A model generated the notes under the pieces. That model saw nothing but the letters and a program-made list of their open reading frames with translations. It made no database searches and was not told where the DNA came from. Positions 28,236-35,098 of a DNA stretch of 45,312 bases are shown here, one piece after another. The stretch covers positions 1-45,312 of the forward strand of contig JAFOYZ010000104.1 in NCBI GenBank assembly GCA_017424485.1, in the 5' to 3' direction. The DNA is from Bacteroidaceae bacterium (GTDB lineage Bacteria > Bacteroidota > Bacteroidia > Bacteroidales > Bacteroidaceae). Positions within the stretch are counted from its first letter, which is position 1; every line of letters begins with the position of its first letter. The translations under genes and the position numbers were made by a program.

Positions 28236-28319
28236 GTTGAGAGTTGAAGGAGAATTCTGAATTCTGAATTGTCATTTGTCATTTGTCAATTGTCATTTGT
28301 CAATTGTCATTTGTCAATT
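28236..28319. repeat. 84-bp spacer made entirely of 12 drifting heptanucleotide units
   Basis: Reads gttgaga|gttgaag|gagaatt|ctgaatt|ctgaatt|gtcattt|gtcattt|gtcaatt|gtcattt|gtcaatt|gtcattt|gtcaatt. It fills the M23-DUF1599 gap and includes two of the three nt of the M23 stop codon. Confidence 0.85.
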
Positions 28320-29172
28320 AATAAAGCCTAAGCACCTGTCCTGGACGCAGGATTGTCTTGGTAGTAATACCATTGAGTTTGCACAGGTTCTTCACTGTAG
28401 TACCCTTACGTGCCGCAATCCGGCCTAGCGAGTCACCACTACGAACCTTATAGTACGTATCAGGATCAGAAGGATCATACACCTTCTTCTTGGGCTTCAT
28501 ATATAAATAGGTATCACCTGTAACATCCTGATTGGGGAAGTCAAACATCAGAGCAGGGTCAAGTGCCTTACCCAACAGTCGAGTCTCAAAATGCAGATGA
28601 GTACCGGTGCTACGTCCCGTATTACCTCCCAGACCTATGGGATCGCCGGCCTTTACTACCTCATTCTCATCCACAAGCTTCTTTGTTAGGTGAGCATATA
28701 AAGTCTCCAGGCCGTTCGCATGACGTATCACCACATAGTTACCATATCCACGTCGCTGATAACTCACATAACGAACCTTTCCATCGAAGGCTGCACGGAT
28801 TGTATCGCCACGCTCCACCTTCACGTCCAATCCATAGTGTATACGACGACGTCGCGGACGATAGCCAAAGATATCCGTAATCTTGGTATTCTCCGTGGGC
28901 ATGCAGAATCCCGTAAGGTCAATGAGAAAAGAGTCGGGTATCACCACATTGGTATACTTATGCGCATACTCATTACTCCACTCAGGATAGAGATCATCGG
29001 CAGGGTATTCATAAGTCTCAGCATGAATGAGACGATTGAGCACTACCGAGTCAATACGCGCCATCTGCTTATCCAAAGGTGCTTGAGCAGCTAGCAAATC
29101 CTGACCGAGGGTTTGCGATGCCACCATCACAAACACGAAGAGAGCAATATTCTTAAGTAGATTGATTTTCAT
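28318..29172 (-). CDS. M23-family peptidoglycan endopeptidase with a C-terminal LysM domain
   Basis: Contains HYGLDV..GNYVVIRH..GTHLHFETR and LysM (YKVRSGDSLGRIAARKGTTVKNLCKLNG). I prefer the ATG at 29172 (MKINLLKN, signal peptide), because the ATG at 29199 lies only 4 nt from the -7 box. Confidence 0.8.
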   Translation of the reverse strand: MKINLLKNIALFVFVMVASQTLGQDLLAAQAPLDKQMARIDSVVLNRLIHAETYEYPADDLYPEWSNEYAHKYTNVVIPDSFLIDLTGFCMPTENTKITDIFGYRPRRRRIHYGLDVKVERGDTIRAAFDGKVRYVSYQRRGYGNYVVIRHANGLETLYAHLTKKLVDENEVVKAGDPIGLGGNTGRSTGTHLHFETRLLGKALDPALMFDFPNQDVTGDTYLYMKPKKKVYDPSDPDTYYKVRSGDSLGRIAARKGTTVKNLCKLNGITTKTILRPGQVLRLY

Positions 29173-29203
29173 TCTTTTACTTTGCGTACGAAATTTCAAA
29201 CTG

Positions 29204-29211
29204 CAAAGTTA
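29204..29211 (-). promoter_or_regulatory. -7 box TAACTTTG for the M23 peptidase operon
   Basis: Minus strand reads TAACTTTGCAG, 31 nt upstream of the ATG at 29172. Confidence 0.45.
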
Positions 29212-29284
29212 GCACATTTATCGCAGATAGCAAAACAGAAGTTTTGATTTATCATTCGCTAACGGTATTAGCCCCTTCGTTCCT

Positions 29285-29311
29285 CGTTCCACGTTAACCG
29301 CTCATCGTTAA
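29285..29311. repeat. 27-bp direct repeat, copy 1 (CGTTCCACGTTAACCGCTCATCGTTAA)
   Basis: 26/27 identical to 29446-29472. The two copies flank the CTAAA-word array. Confidence 0.85.
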
Positions 29312-29354
29312 AGAGTCATCGTCAGCGTTATCGTTGCAGCCCTGGTTGCTTACC

Positions 29355-29424
29355 CTAAACTCTAAACCCTAAACACTACACTCTAAGCACTACACTCTAA
29401 ACACTACACTCTAAACTCTAAACC
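29355..29424. repeat. Heptanucleotide array CTAMRCN x10
   Basis: Reads ctaaact|ctaaacc|ctaaaca|ctacact|ctaagca|ctacact|ctaaaca|ctacact|ctaaact|ctaaacc. It can also be read as a 14-bp unit repeated three times. Confidence 0.85.
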
Positions 29425-29445
29425 GCAGCGCTACTGCTTTGTCAT

Positions 29446-29472
29446 CGTTCCACGTTAACCGTTCATCGTTAA
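29446..29472. repeat. 27-bp direct repeat, copy 2
   Basis: CGTTCCACGTTAACCGTTCATCGTTAA, abutting the ftsQ stop codon. Confidence 0.85.
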
Positions 29473-30201
29473 TCACTTCCTCGTTCCTATCACCTGATTG
29501 CCATAGTCAACATTGATTCGCGAATAGCGATTCCAGCCCACCTCGTTAAGTCCCTTTTCATAGAAGGTCTGCAGTTTGGCAAACTTCTGCTCATAGTTTC
29601 CAGGAGCACCCAATACGATGACATGACTGCCCACACGAGGCACCAGCTCCAGCTCACCACGTCGAGTCACGTTGATCTGCTCTATCTGCGCATTCCATAG
29701 TTCGTCACCTTGCAGATAAAGCGCAAGTTCCAGCAACTCCTTCTTAGCGAAATCGCGCGTGATATATCCCGTAGCCACAGGCACATATACCGCCTTGGCT
29801 ATACGTTCTATCACCTCTCCCTCCTCATCAAGGTAGTAGCTCTCCCCCCCATTGGTCATGACACGCAAGATAGGCCGCCGGCACTTTACCTCCACCACCA
29901 CATATCCACCTATAGTCTTATAACATTCGCTCGACGCGATAAGCGGTGACGCCTCCAGAGCGTCCTCTATGGCATGCAAACTGACTTCCTCAAGTGGTCT
30001 GCCCGTAGGGTTGAGATCGCTTTTAGCCAGCAAAGCTACCACATCAGTGGTGTTCATATACCCAGTCTCCAGGCTATCACGCATCTCAAGCCGAACACCT
30101 TTGCACACCTGCCCTGTAGGCTTGCTACATAGAGCGATTGCAGCAAAGGCAATGTAGCCAACCAACAAGACAAGGACTATAGTGGAAAGTATCTTCTTCA
30201 T
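29473..30201 (-). CDS. ftsQ: Cell division protein FtsQ (POTRA domain)
   Basis: 242 aa with one N-terminal TM helix followed by POTRA/FtsQ-type domains, immediately downstream of murC. Confidence 0.7.
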   Translation of the reverse strand: MKKILSTIVLVLLVGYIAFAAIALCSKPTGQVCKGVRLEMRDSLETGYMNTTDVVALLAKSDLNPTGRPLEEVSLHAIEDALEASPLIASSECYKTIGGYVVVEVKCRRPILRVMTNGGESYYLDEEGEVIERIAKAVYVPVATGYITRDFAKKELLELALYLQGDELWNAQIEQINVTRRGELELVPRVGSHVIVLGAPGNYEQKFAKLQTFYEKGLNEVGWNRYSRINVDYGNQVIGTRK

Positions 30202-30304
30202 ACATTAATATTAAAAGTTAAGAATTAAAGGTCAAAAGCTAAAACTAAGGGCACCTATCTTGATTTATAGTTCCCGCCTGTTCTAATCTTCAGTTTATAA
30301 TTTT

Positions 30305-31684
30305 TTAATTCTTCAGAATCTTTGTTATCTCAGTGGCGTAATTCTCAATATCACCAGCCCCAAGCGTCACGAGCACCTCCAATTCATCTTTCTTAGCCTC
30401 CACAGTGGCGAGCACATCACACTTGTTTATCATCTGTTTCTGCACATGCTCTGCCAGATTATCGTATATGAGTTGGCTGGTCACACCGGGGATAGGCAGT
30501 TCACGAGCAGGATATATATCGGTAAGGATTACCTCATCAAAGAGCGAGAGACTCTCGGCAAACTCACGATAGAAGTCCTGTGTACGCGAATAGAGGTGAG
30601 GCTGGAATATGGCAGTCACCTTACGTCCTGCATACAGTTCACGTATCGAGAGAGCGCTCTGCCAGATTTCGGCCGGATGATGGGCATAGTCGCTGAGATA
30701 CACCTTCGCCTCACTCTTCAGTTTGAAGTCGAAGCGGCGTTCCACACCGCGGAAGCTCTCCATACCTATACGCAACTCCTCATCAGCAACTCCCGCCAAC
30801 CGAGCCATCGCCATAGCCGCCACTCCATTATCGATATTGACACTCAAGGGCACACCAAGATGAATATCCTTGACCACACCTTCGGGGTGAACGAAGTCAA
30901 TCACAATCTCGCCCCCTCCAATACGGATGTTATCGGCATGATAGTCGCCCTTGGCACGAGAATAGGTATATACACGCACTCCCGGCTGCACCTGTGGCTT
31001 TATCTCCAGCCCCTCGTGAATGATGAGCACACCGTCCGGGCGGATGAGCGAGGTATATTTCTCGAAACTCTCCCAGTAAGCCTCTGGCGTACCATAGATA
31101 TCCAGGTGATCTGGATCTGTAGAGGTGATTACCGACATGTAGGGACGCAGTTGATGGAACGAGCGGTCAAACTCATCGGCCTCGATCACCACATAGTCAC
31201 TCTTGTCAGTCAGCAGCAGATTGGTACCATAGTTCTGCGATATGCCACCCAGAAAAGCCGTTGTCCCCACATGAGAGCCATAGATAAGGTGGGCTGCCAT
31301 GGTCGATGTAGTCGTCTTTCCATGCGTACCCGCCACACACAGACCTCGGCGGCTGCGAGTGATGGTACCCAACAATTGGGCACGTTTCTGTATCTCGAAG
31401 CCCTGTTCGCGAAACCACGTGAGTTCACTATGATCTTGTGGTACCGCAGGCGTATACACCACCAAGGTATGCGCCTTGTCTTTGCAGCTATCGGGAATCA
31501 TCGCACAGTCATCCTCATAATGGATAGCCGCACCTTCTGCATTGAGGCGCTCGGTGAGTTCACTGGCCGTACGGTCATACCCCGCCACCACCTTGCCTAA
31601 TGACAAGAAGTAACGCACCAAAGCACTCATACCGATGCCACCAGCACCAATGAAATATACAGACTTTATCGAATCAATCTCCAT
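30305..31684 (-). CDS. murC: UDP-N-acetylmuramate--L-alanine ligase
   Basis: 459 aa with GAGGIGMSAL and GTHGKTTTSTM motifs and Mur ligase middle and C-terminal domains. Confidence 0.92.
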   Translation of the reverse strand: MEIDSIKSVYFIGAGGIGMSALVRYFLSLGKVVAGYDRTASELTERLNAEGAAIHYEDDCAMIPDSCKDKAHTLVVYTPAVPQDHSELTWFREQGFEIQKRAQLLGTITRSRRGLCVAGTHGKTTTSTMAAHLIYGSHVGTTAFLGGISQNYGTNLLLTDKSDYVVIEADEFDRSFHQLRPYMSVITSTDPDHLDIYGTPEAYWESFEKYTSLIRPDGVLIIHEGLEIKPQVQPGVRVYTYSRAKGDYHADNIRIGGGEIVIDFVHPEGVVKDIHLGVPLSVNIDNGVAAMAMARLAGVADEELRIGMESFRGVERRFDFKLKSEAKVYLSDYAHHPAEIWQSALSIRELYAGRKVTAIFQPHLYSRTQDFYREFAESLSLFDEVILTDIYPARELPIPGVTSQLIYDNLAEHVQKQMINKCDVLATVEAKKDELEVLVTLGAGDIENYATEITKILKN

Positions 31685-31730
31685 GTTTCTTTCTCCTTAT
31701 TATACCTTATATATACCTTTCTCAATTTAG

Positions 31731-31758
31731 CTGCGAAGATACATAAAATAATTGACAA
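31731..31758 (-). promoter_or_regulatory. 28-bp promoter module, copy 1 (upstream of murC)
   Basis: The minus strand TTGTCAATTATTTTATGTATCTTCGCAG is identical to 39393-39420. Its -7 box TATCTTCG is at 31734-31741, 49 nt upstream of the murC ATG. Confidence 0.6.
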
Positions 31759-31803
31759 GAGGCTGTGTCGTAAAATTTATTTACGACACAGCCTCTTCTT
31801 TTT
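31757..31803. terminator. Strong hairpin terminator between the OMP pseudogene and the murC promoter
   Basis: AAGAGGCTGTGTCGTAAA-ATTTA-TTTACGACACAGCCTCTT (18-bp perfect stem). It is followed by CTTTTT on the plus strand and ATTATTTTA on the minus strand. Confidence 0.55.
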
Positions 31804-31932
31804 ATCACTCCAAAAGGCACAAACTCGTTATTCTAAAGTACCATTTACGCTTACCGATTATTTTAGCAAATCCAAGAAGTGATTAACGAAGTCAAGGTAT
31901 AACATGAAACAATCGTAATTAGTGCGGCAGTC

Positions 31933-32759
31933 TTATAATCCTATTCCCACAGACAAGCCGAAGGAGCACAAATGCCTCTTTCCATCCATATACGAGAGAG
32001 AGTTGACTCCACCAGGATACTTCAGATAGTCTCCATCTTTATAATAGCCATTCATGATAAACTTGCCATAAGCACGCACATTAAGGTCTACAGTTCCCAA
32101 CGGGAAGCAATACCCTACAGCCCCATGTCACCTGAGTTTCAAGCGTACCTTGATTATCAGTCACGTCATATTCTCCAAATCCATGATTGGGCAAATCTTT
32201 CAGCTCCACATTATACTTGGGATAGTAGCCCGACAATGTCACCTGGCCGGAGACCGTGTTATATTCGCACTTCATTGGAATAACGAGTCCCGGTCCCACA
32301 TTCACAAATACATTGCCAACCTTGTATTGGTAGAAGACCGGGATTTCTATAAGGTTGATGGTCTGCATCTCCTTGCATCACGGGCATGGGCCTTATAGCT
32401 CAGGTTGTCACCTTCATCATCTACAGCGTTACACTTGTAGAAAAACTCTTCAGATTCCAAGGTGCGTTTCTCCTGTCCATAGTGAATGCCTAGTCCGACA
32501 CCTCCATTCCAGTTTATAGGAAATAGATTTCTATACCAGCACCATACTTCGTTCCTCCATACATCGGTATCTCAGCACCAGATGTAGCATGTACACTCTC
32601 TATAGAAGCAGCTATCATGAAATGCCTCTCCCTACTTCTTTCCCTCTTCTGTACAGGTGCTACACCGCCTTTCGACACATAAAGGCTTTCGTAATCGTAT
32701 AGTGCACAGGTCTCGGCGGCCGCCAATAAACAAAGGCATGCCGTTAGTATATATTTCAT
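31933..32759 (-). pseudogene. Outer-membrane beta-barrel (porin-family, OMP_b-brl-like) gene disrupted by at least 3 frameshifts
   Basis: The signal peptide MKYILTACLCLLAAAETCA starts at 32759. The reading frame must switch near 32514, near 32375 and near 32120 to give one alternating-strand beta-barrel protein ending FGLSVGIGL-stop at 31933. At least two of the shifts lie in short C/G runs. Confidence 0.6.
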
Positions 32760-32798
32760 TATTCTCATTCTATTACGCCGACGAAAACCGTTTAGCGT

Positions 32799-32819
32799 GG
32801 AACGAGGAACGAGGAACCG
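32799..32819. repeat. Heptanucleotide array GGAACGA x3
   Basis: Reads ggaacga|ggaacga|ggaaccg. Its reverse complement (CGTTCCTCGTTCC) also occurs at 29279-29290 and 29478-29488. Confidence 0.6.
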
Positions 32820-32909
32820 AAGGTCGCTGGCGCAAGGGAAAAGCAACGAGGAGCGATGAAATGGGCATTTTTTAAGGATTCGCGCACGCGCACCTTGCAT
32901 TTTTGGAGA

Positions 32910-32970
32910 AAAAAAGTTTTATTTTTGGCCTGGCAGAGTGCAGCGAAGTGCGCTTCGCTGCAACGTTGAC
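32910..32970. repeat. Left terminal inverted repeat (61 bp)
   Basis: AAAAAAGTTTTATTTTTGGCCTGGCAGAGTGCAGCGAAGTGCGCTTCGCTGCAACGTTGAC. It contains the hairpin GCAGCGAAG-TGCG-CTTCGCTGC. Confidence 0.9.
32920..32927 (+). promoter_or_regulatory. Inward-facing -7 box TATTTTTG inside the left TIR
   Basis: Exact TAnnTTTG match. The mirror copy lies at 35139-35146 on the minus strand in the right TIR. Confidence 0.35.
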
Positions 32971-33129
32971 GGCAGCGCGGAACATTAGCGCTGATTGCGA
33001 CGGCAACGCGGCATGATAGCGTTGCTTGTGACGACGGGAGATTTATCCCCTCAAAGGAACGCGCTTTAGCACCATAAGATTTGTCGGCACCAAGGAGAAG
33101 TCAAGTGCAGCATTGCAACTTGTTTTTTT
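32935..33129 (+). ncRNA. Hypothetical ~195-nt small RNA (TIR promoter to terminator)
   Basis: Bounded by the -7 box at 32920-32927 and the terminator at 33102-33129. The region is GC-rich with local hairpins (e.g. GCAACGC-9 nt-GCGTTGC at about 33003-33027) and has no ORF longer than 18 codons. Confidence 0.25.
33102..33129 (+). terminator. Intrinsic terminator inside the cassette
   Basis: CAAGTGCA-GCAT-TGCA(A)CTTG followed by TTTTTTT. Confidence 0.5.
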
Positions 33130-33214
33130 GCTTTTGAGAAGTTCTTTTTCCTAATTCTCAGGTTCAGGGAATACGCATTATAAAAAACATTCAAGTTTTC
33201 CGTTGCTTTTTCCC

Positions 33215-33233
33215 TCACGCGAATTTCGCGTGA
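33215..33233. promoter_or_regulatory. 19-bp perfect palindrome, operator-like
   Basis: TCACGCGAA-T-TTCGCGTGA. Confidence 0.4.
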
Positions 33234-33325
33234 AATATTGACTCATAAGTTGAGAGATAAGTAAGGTTTCATTCGAGAAAAATGAGAATGCGTTTTTCCC
33301 TATTCACAGGTTTCACTTATCGCCA

Positions 33326-33402
33326 CCCCTGCAGGGGTAATAGTTTATCCCTGCAAGGGTAATATTTTCTCCCTGCAAGGGTAGCGTGTTATCCCTGCAG
33401 GG
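33326..33402. repeat. Four iteron-like direct repeats with 22-bp phasing
   Basis: CCCTGCA(A/G)GGG cores start at 33327, 33349, 33371 and 33393. Units 1 and 4 are perfect palindromes (CCCCTGCAGGGG, CCCTGCAGGG). Spacers begin with TA and are T-rich. An AT-rich stretch follows at about 33403-33480. Confidence 0.8.
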
Positions 33403-33525
33403 ATAACAACAAATAGAACCATAGAATAATGGAAATCTATTGTTCCATATTAGTCAAACGAACCATCCTTTTTATTTTCAAGCGTGCTGATTGACTAGGT
33501 ATTGACTTTGGGGGTATTAATGTTG

Positions 33526-33533
33526 TAACTTCG
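33526..33533 (+). promoter_or_regulatory. -7 box TAACTTCG for the VapE-like gene
   Basis: TAACTTCGCAAC lies 149 nt upstream of the ATG at 33683. Confidence 0.4.
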
Positions 33534-33644
33534 CAACGAAAACAGAGTTTTCAACGATAACGAAGACGATGACGAAAACTTTTTTCTGTAGCGTATCAAA
33601 TGCAGAATAAATGGGGTTGATGGCACAGTACCTTTGTACTGTCA

Positions 33645-33659
33645 GACGATAACGAAAAC
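33645..33659. repeat. Inner inverted repeat, left copy (GACGATAACGAAAAC)
   Basis: Exact reverse complement of 35084-35098, 24 nt upstream of the ORF start. Confidence 0.8.
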
Positions 33660-33682
33660 TTATATATTATATAATAGAAGCA

Positions 33683-35029
33683 ATGAAGAAGTTATTTACA
33701 AAAGCATTCGAGTGGCTGCGAAGAAGAGTAACAGCGCTTAAGGACACGCGAAGTGTGTACGCTAACGCTAACGTTAACGATGACAACAACGATTGTGATA
33801 ACGTTAACTGTTCCGTGAAAAGTGAAGCACTTCAAGGGAGCTCCCTCAACTCTCAACCTTCATCCATTAGCAACACCAATCACGACCCGCTGCTGCTACG
33901 CATCGAGGAGTTCATCGGGGAGCATTATCGGGTGCGCTTCAATGCGCTATCGCAGCAACACGAGATCAGCAGACGTGATGCCGAGCGATGGATGCCTGTA
34001 AGCAGCATGCAATGTAACCGCTTGGTGATGGAGCTGAACCGTGCGGGTATCATCCTGGCAAAACCGTACCTAGTAAAAACGGTGATAGAGGGGGGCACAC
34101 TGGCCGAGGAGTATCACCCCGTGCGAAGCTACTTGACGACGTTGCCCGAATGGGACGGCGTGGAGCGTATAGAAGCACTCTTCCGCCGGGTGACCGATGA
34201 TGAGCAACTGCTCCGCTGGTTGCGCAAGTGGTTCATCGCCATGGTGGCACAGGCACTGAACCGTATGGGAGCGTATGGCAACAGCGTGTGCCCTATACTC
34301 ATCAGTAGCGTACAAGGATGGGGCAAGAGCCAGTTTGCCAAACTGCTGGTGCCGCCACAGCTGAGAGGCGCCTTTACCGACACCTTCAATCTGCAGCAGG
34401 AGGACGGCTGTCTGCGTCGCATGACAGCCTACATGCTCGTCAATGTGGATGAGATTGACCGGTTCGGCGACCGCCGAATGTCGACCTTCAAGAATATGGT
34501 GCAACTGGCTACGGTATCGATGAAGCGTGCCTATCACACACAGATGGAGGAGAAGGAACGCATGGCCTCGTTCATCGCCACGAGCAACCGACGCCATCTG
34601 CTCAATGACGAGAGTGGTAGCCGCCGCTTCATCTGTGTGGAACTAGCACATGCCATTGATGTGACTACTCCTTTGGACCATGCCCAACTCTATGCCGAGG
34701 CATTGGCTGCGATCGAAAGCGGTGAACGCTGCTGGTTCACCGAAGAGGAGACGCGCGAACTGGAAGCACACAACAATTCCTTTGCCACCAGCCAAGGGGT
34801 ATGGGCATTAATGAAGCGCAGCCTCACACTGCGCGACATTCCTGAAGGGAACGAGGAGCGACAGACGCAACTATACTCGGCCAACGAGGTGTACGATTAT
34901 CTGCACCAACAGTCGCCCTCGGCCATGAGCGGCATCGAGCGCAGCACCTTCGGGTACTTCCTCACCGAGTTTGGGGCACAACAGGTGAGGGTGAGGAACA
35001 AGAGAGTTTATGGCGTTAGCTTAGGCTAA
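33683..35029 (+). CDS. VirE/VapE-family P-loop NTPase (D5-helicase-like) with a DUF3874-like C-terminus
   Basis: 448 aa with Walker A SSVQGWGKS (nt 34313-34330), Walker B MLVNVDEID and a downstream ATSN..SGSRRF motif typical of VapE. The first ~67 aa are low complexity and are encoded by repeat words. Confidence 0.8.
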   Translation: MKKLFTKAFEWLRRRVTALKDTRSVYANANVNDDNNDCDNVNCSVKSEALQGSSLNSQPSSISNTNHDPLLLRIEEFIGEHYRVRFNALSQQHEISRRDAERWMPVSSMQCNRLVMELNRAGIILAKPYLVKTVIEGGTLAEEYHPVRSYLTTLPEWDGVERIEALFRRVTDDEQLLRWLRKWFIAMVAQALNRMGAYGNSVCPILISSVQGWGKSQFAKLLVPPQLRGAFTDTFNLQQEDGCLRRMTAYMLVNVDEIDRFGDRRMSTFKNMVQLATVSMKRAYHTQMEEKERMASFIATSNRRHLLNDESGSRRFICVELAHAIDVTTPLDHAQLYAEALAAIESGERCWFTEEETRELEAHNNSFATSQGVWALMKRSLTLRDIPEGNEERQTQLYSANEVYDYLHQQSPSAMSGIERSTFGYFLTEFGAQQVRVRNKRVYGVSLG

Positions 35030-35083
35030 CGCCAACGATGACGATAACGTTGACGTTAACTAAGCATCCGACAGACAGTCTTC

Positions 35084-35098
35084 GTTTTCGTTATCGTC
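35084..35098. repeat. Inner inverted repeat, right copy
   Basis: GTTTTCGTTATCGTC, overlapping the inner edge of the right TIR. Confidence 0.8.

Noticed and set aside
28269-28317. On the minus strand the array reads (A/T)TGACAA seven times, resembling stacked sigma-70 -35 boxes (TTGACA).
   Set aside because: Bacteroidota housekeeping promoters use TTTG / TAnnTTTG rather than TTGACA / TATAAT. There are no matching -10 elements, so I treat this as a repeat array, not a promoter cluster.
29355-29424. Possible CRISPR array or telomere-like (CCCTAAA) repeat.
   Set aside because: The units are 7 or 14 bp and contiguous, with no spacers, and there are no cas genes. CCCTAAA occurs only twice and is not in register, so this is a simple heptad microsatellite.
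32514-32900. The 128-aa ORF from the track, taken as an intact gene.
   Set aside because: Its first 47 codons translate repeat words upstream of an obvious signal-peptide start (32759). It also stops prematurely, and the beta-barrel continues in two other frames. It is annotated instead as part of a pseudogene.
32971-33682. Retron, group II intron or diversity-generating element in the 0.7-kb non-coding arm.
   Set aside because: There is no reverse transcriptase ORF anywhere in the window, and I could not recognise any intron domain V/VI-like or msr/msd-like structure.
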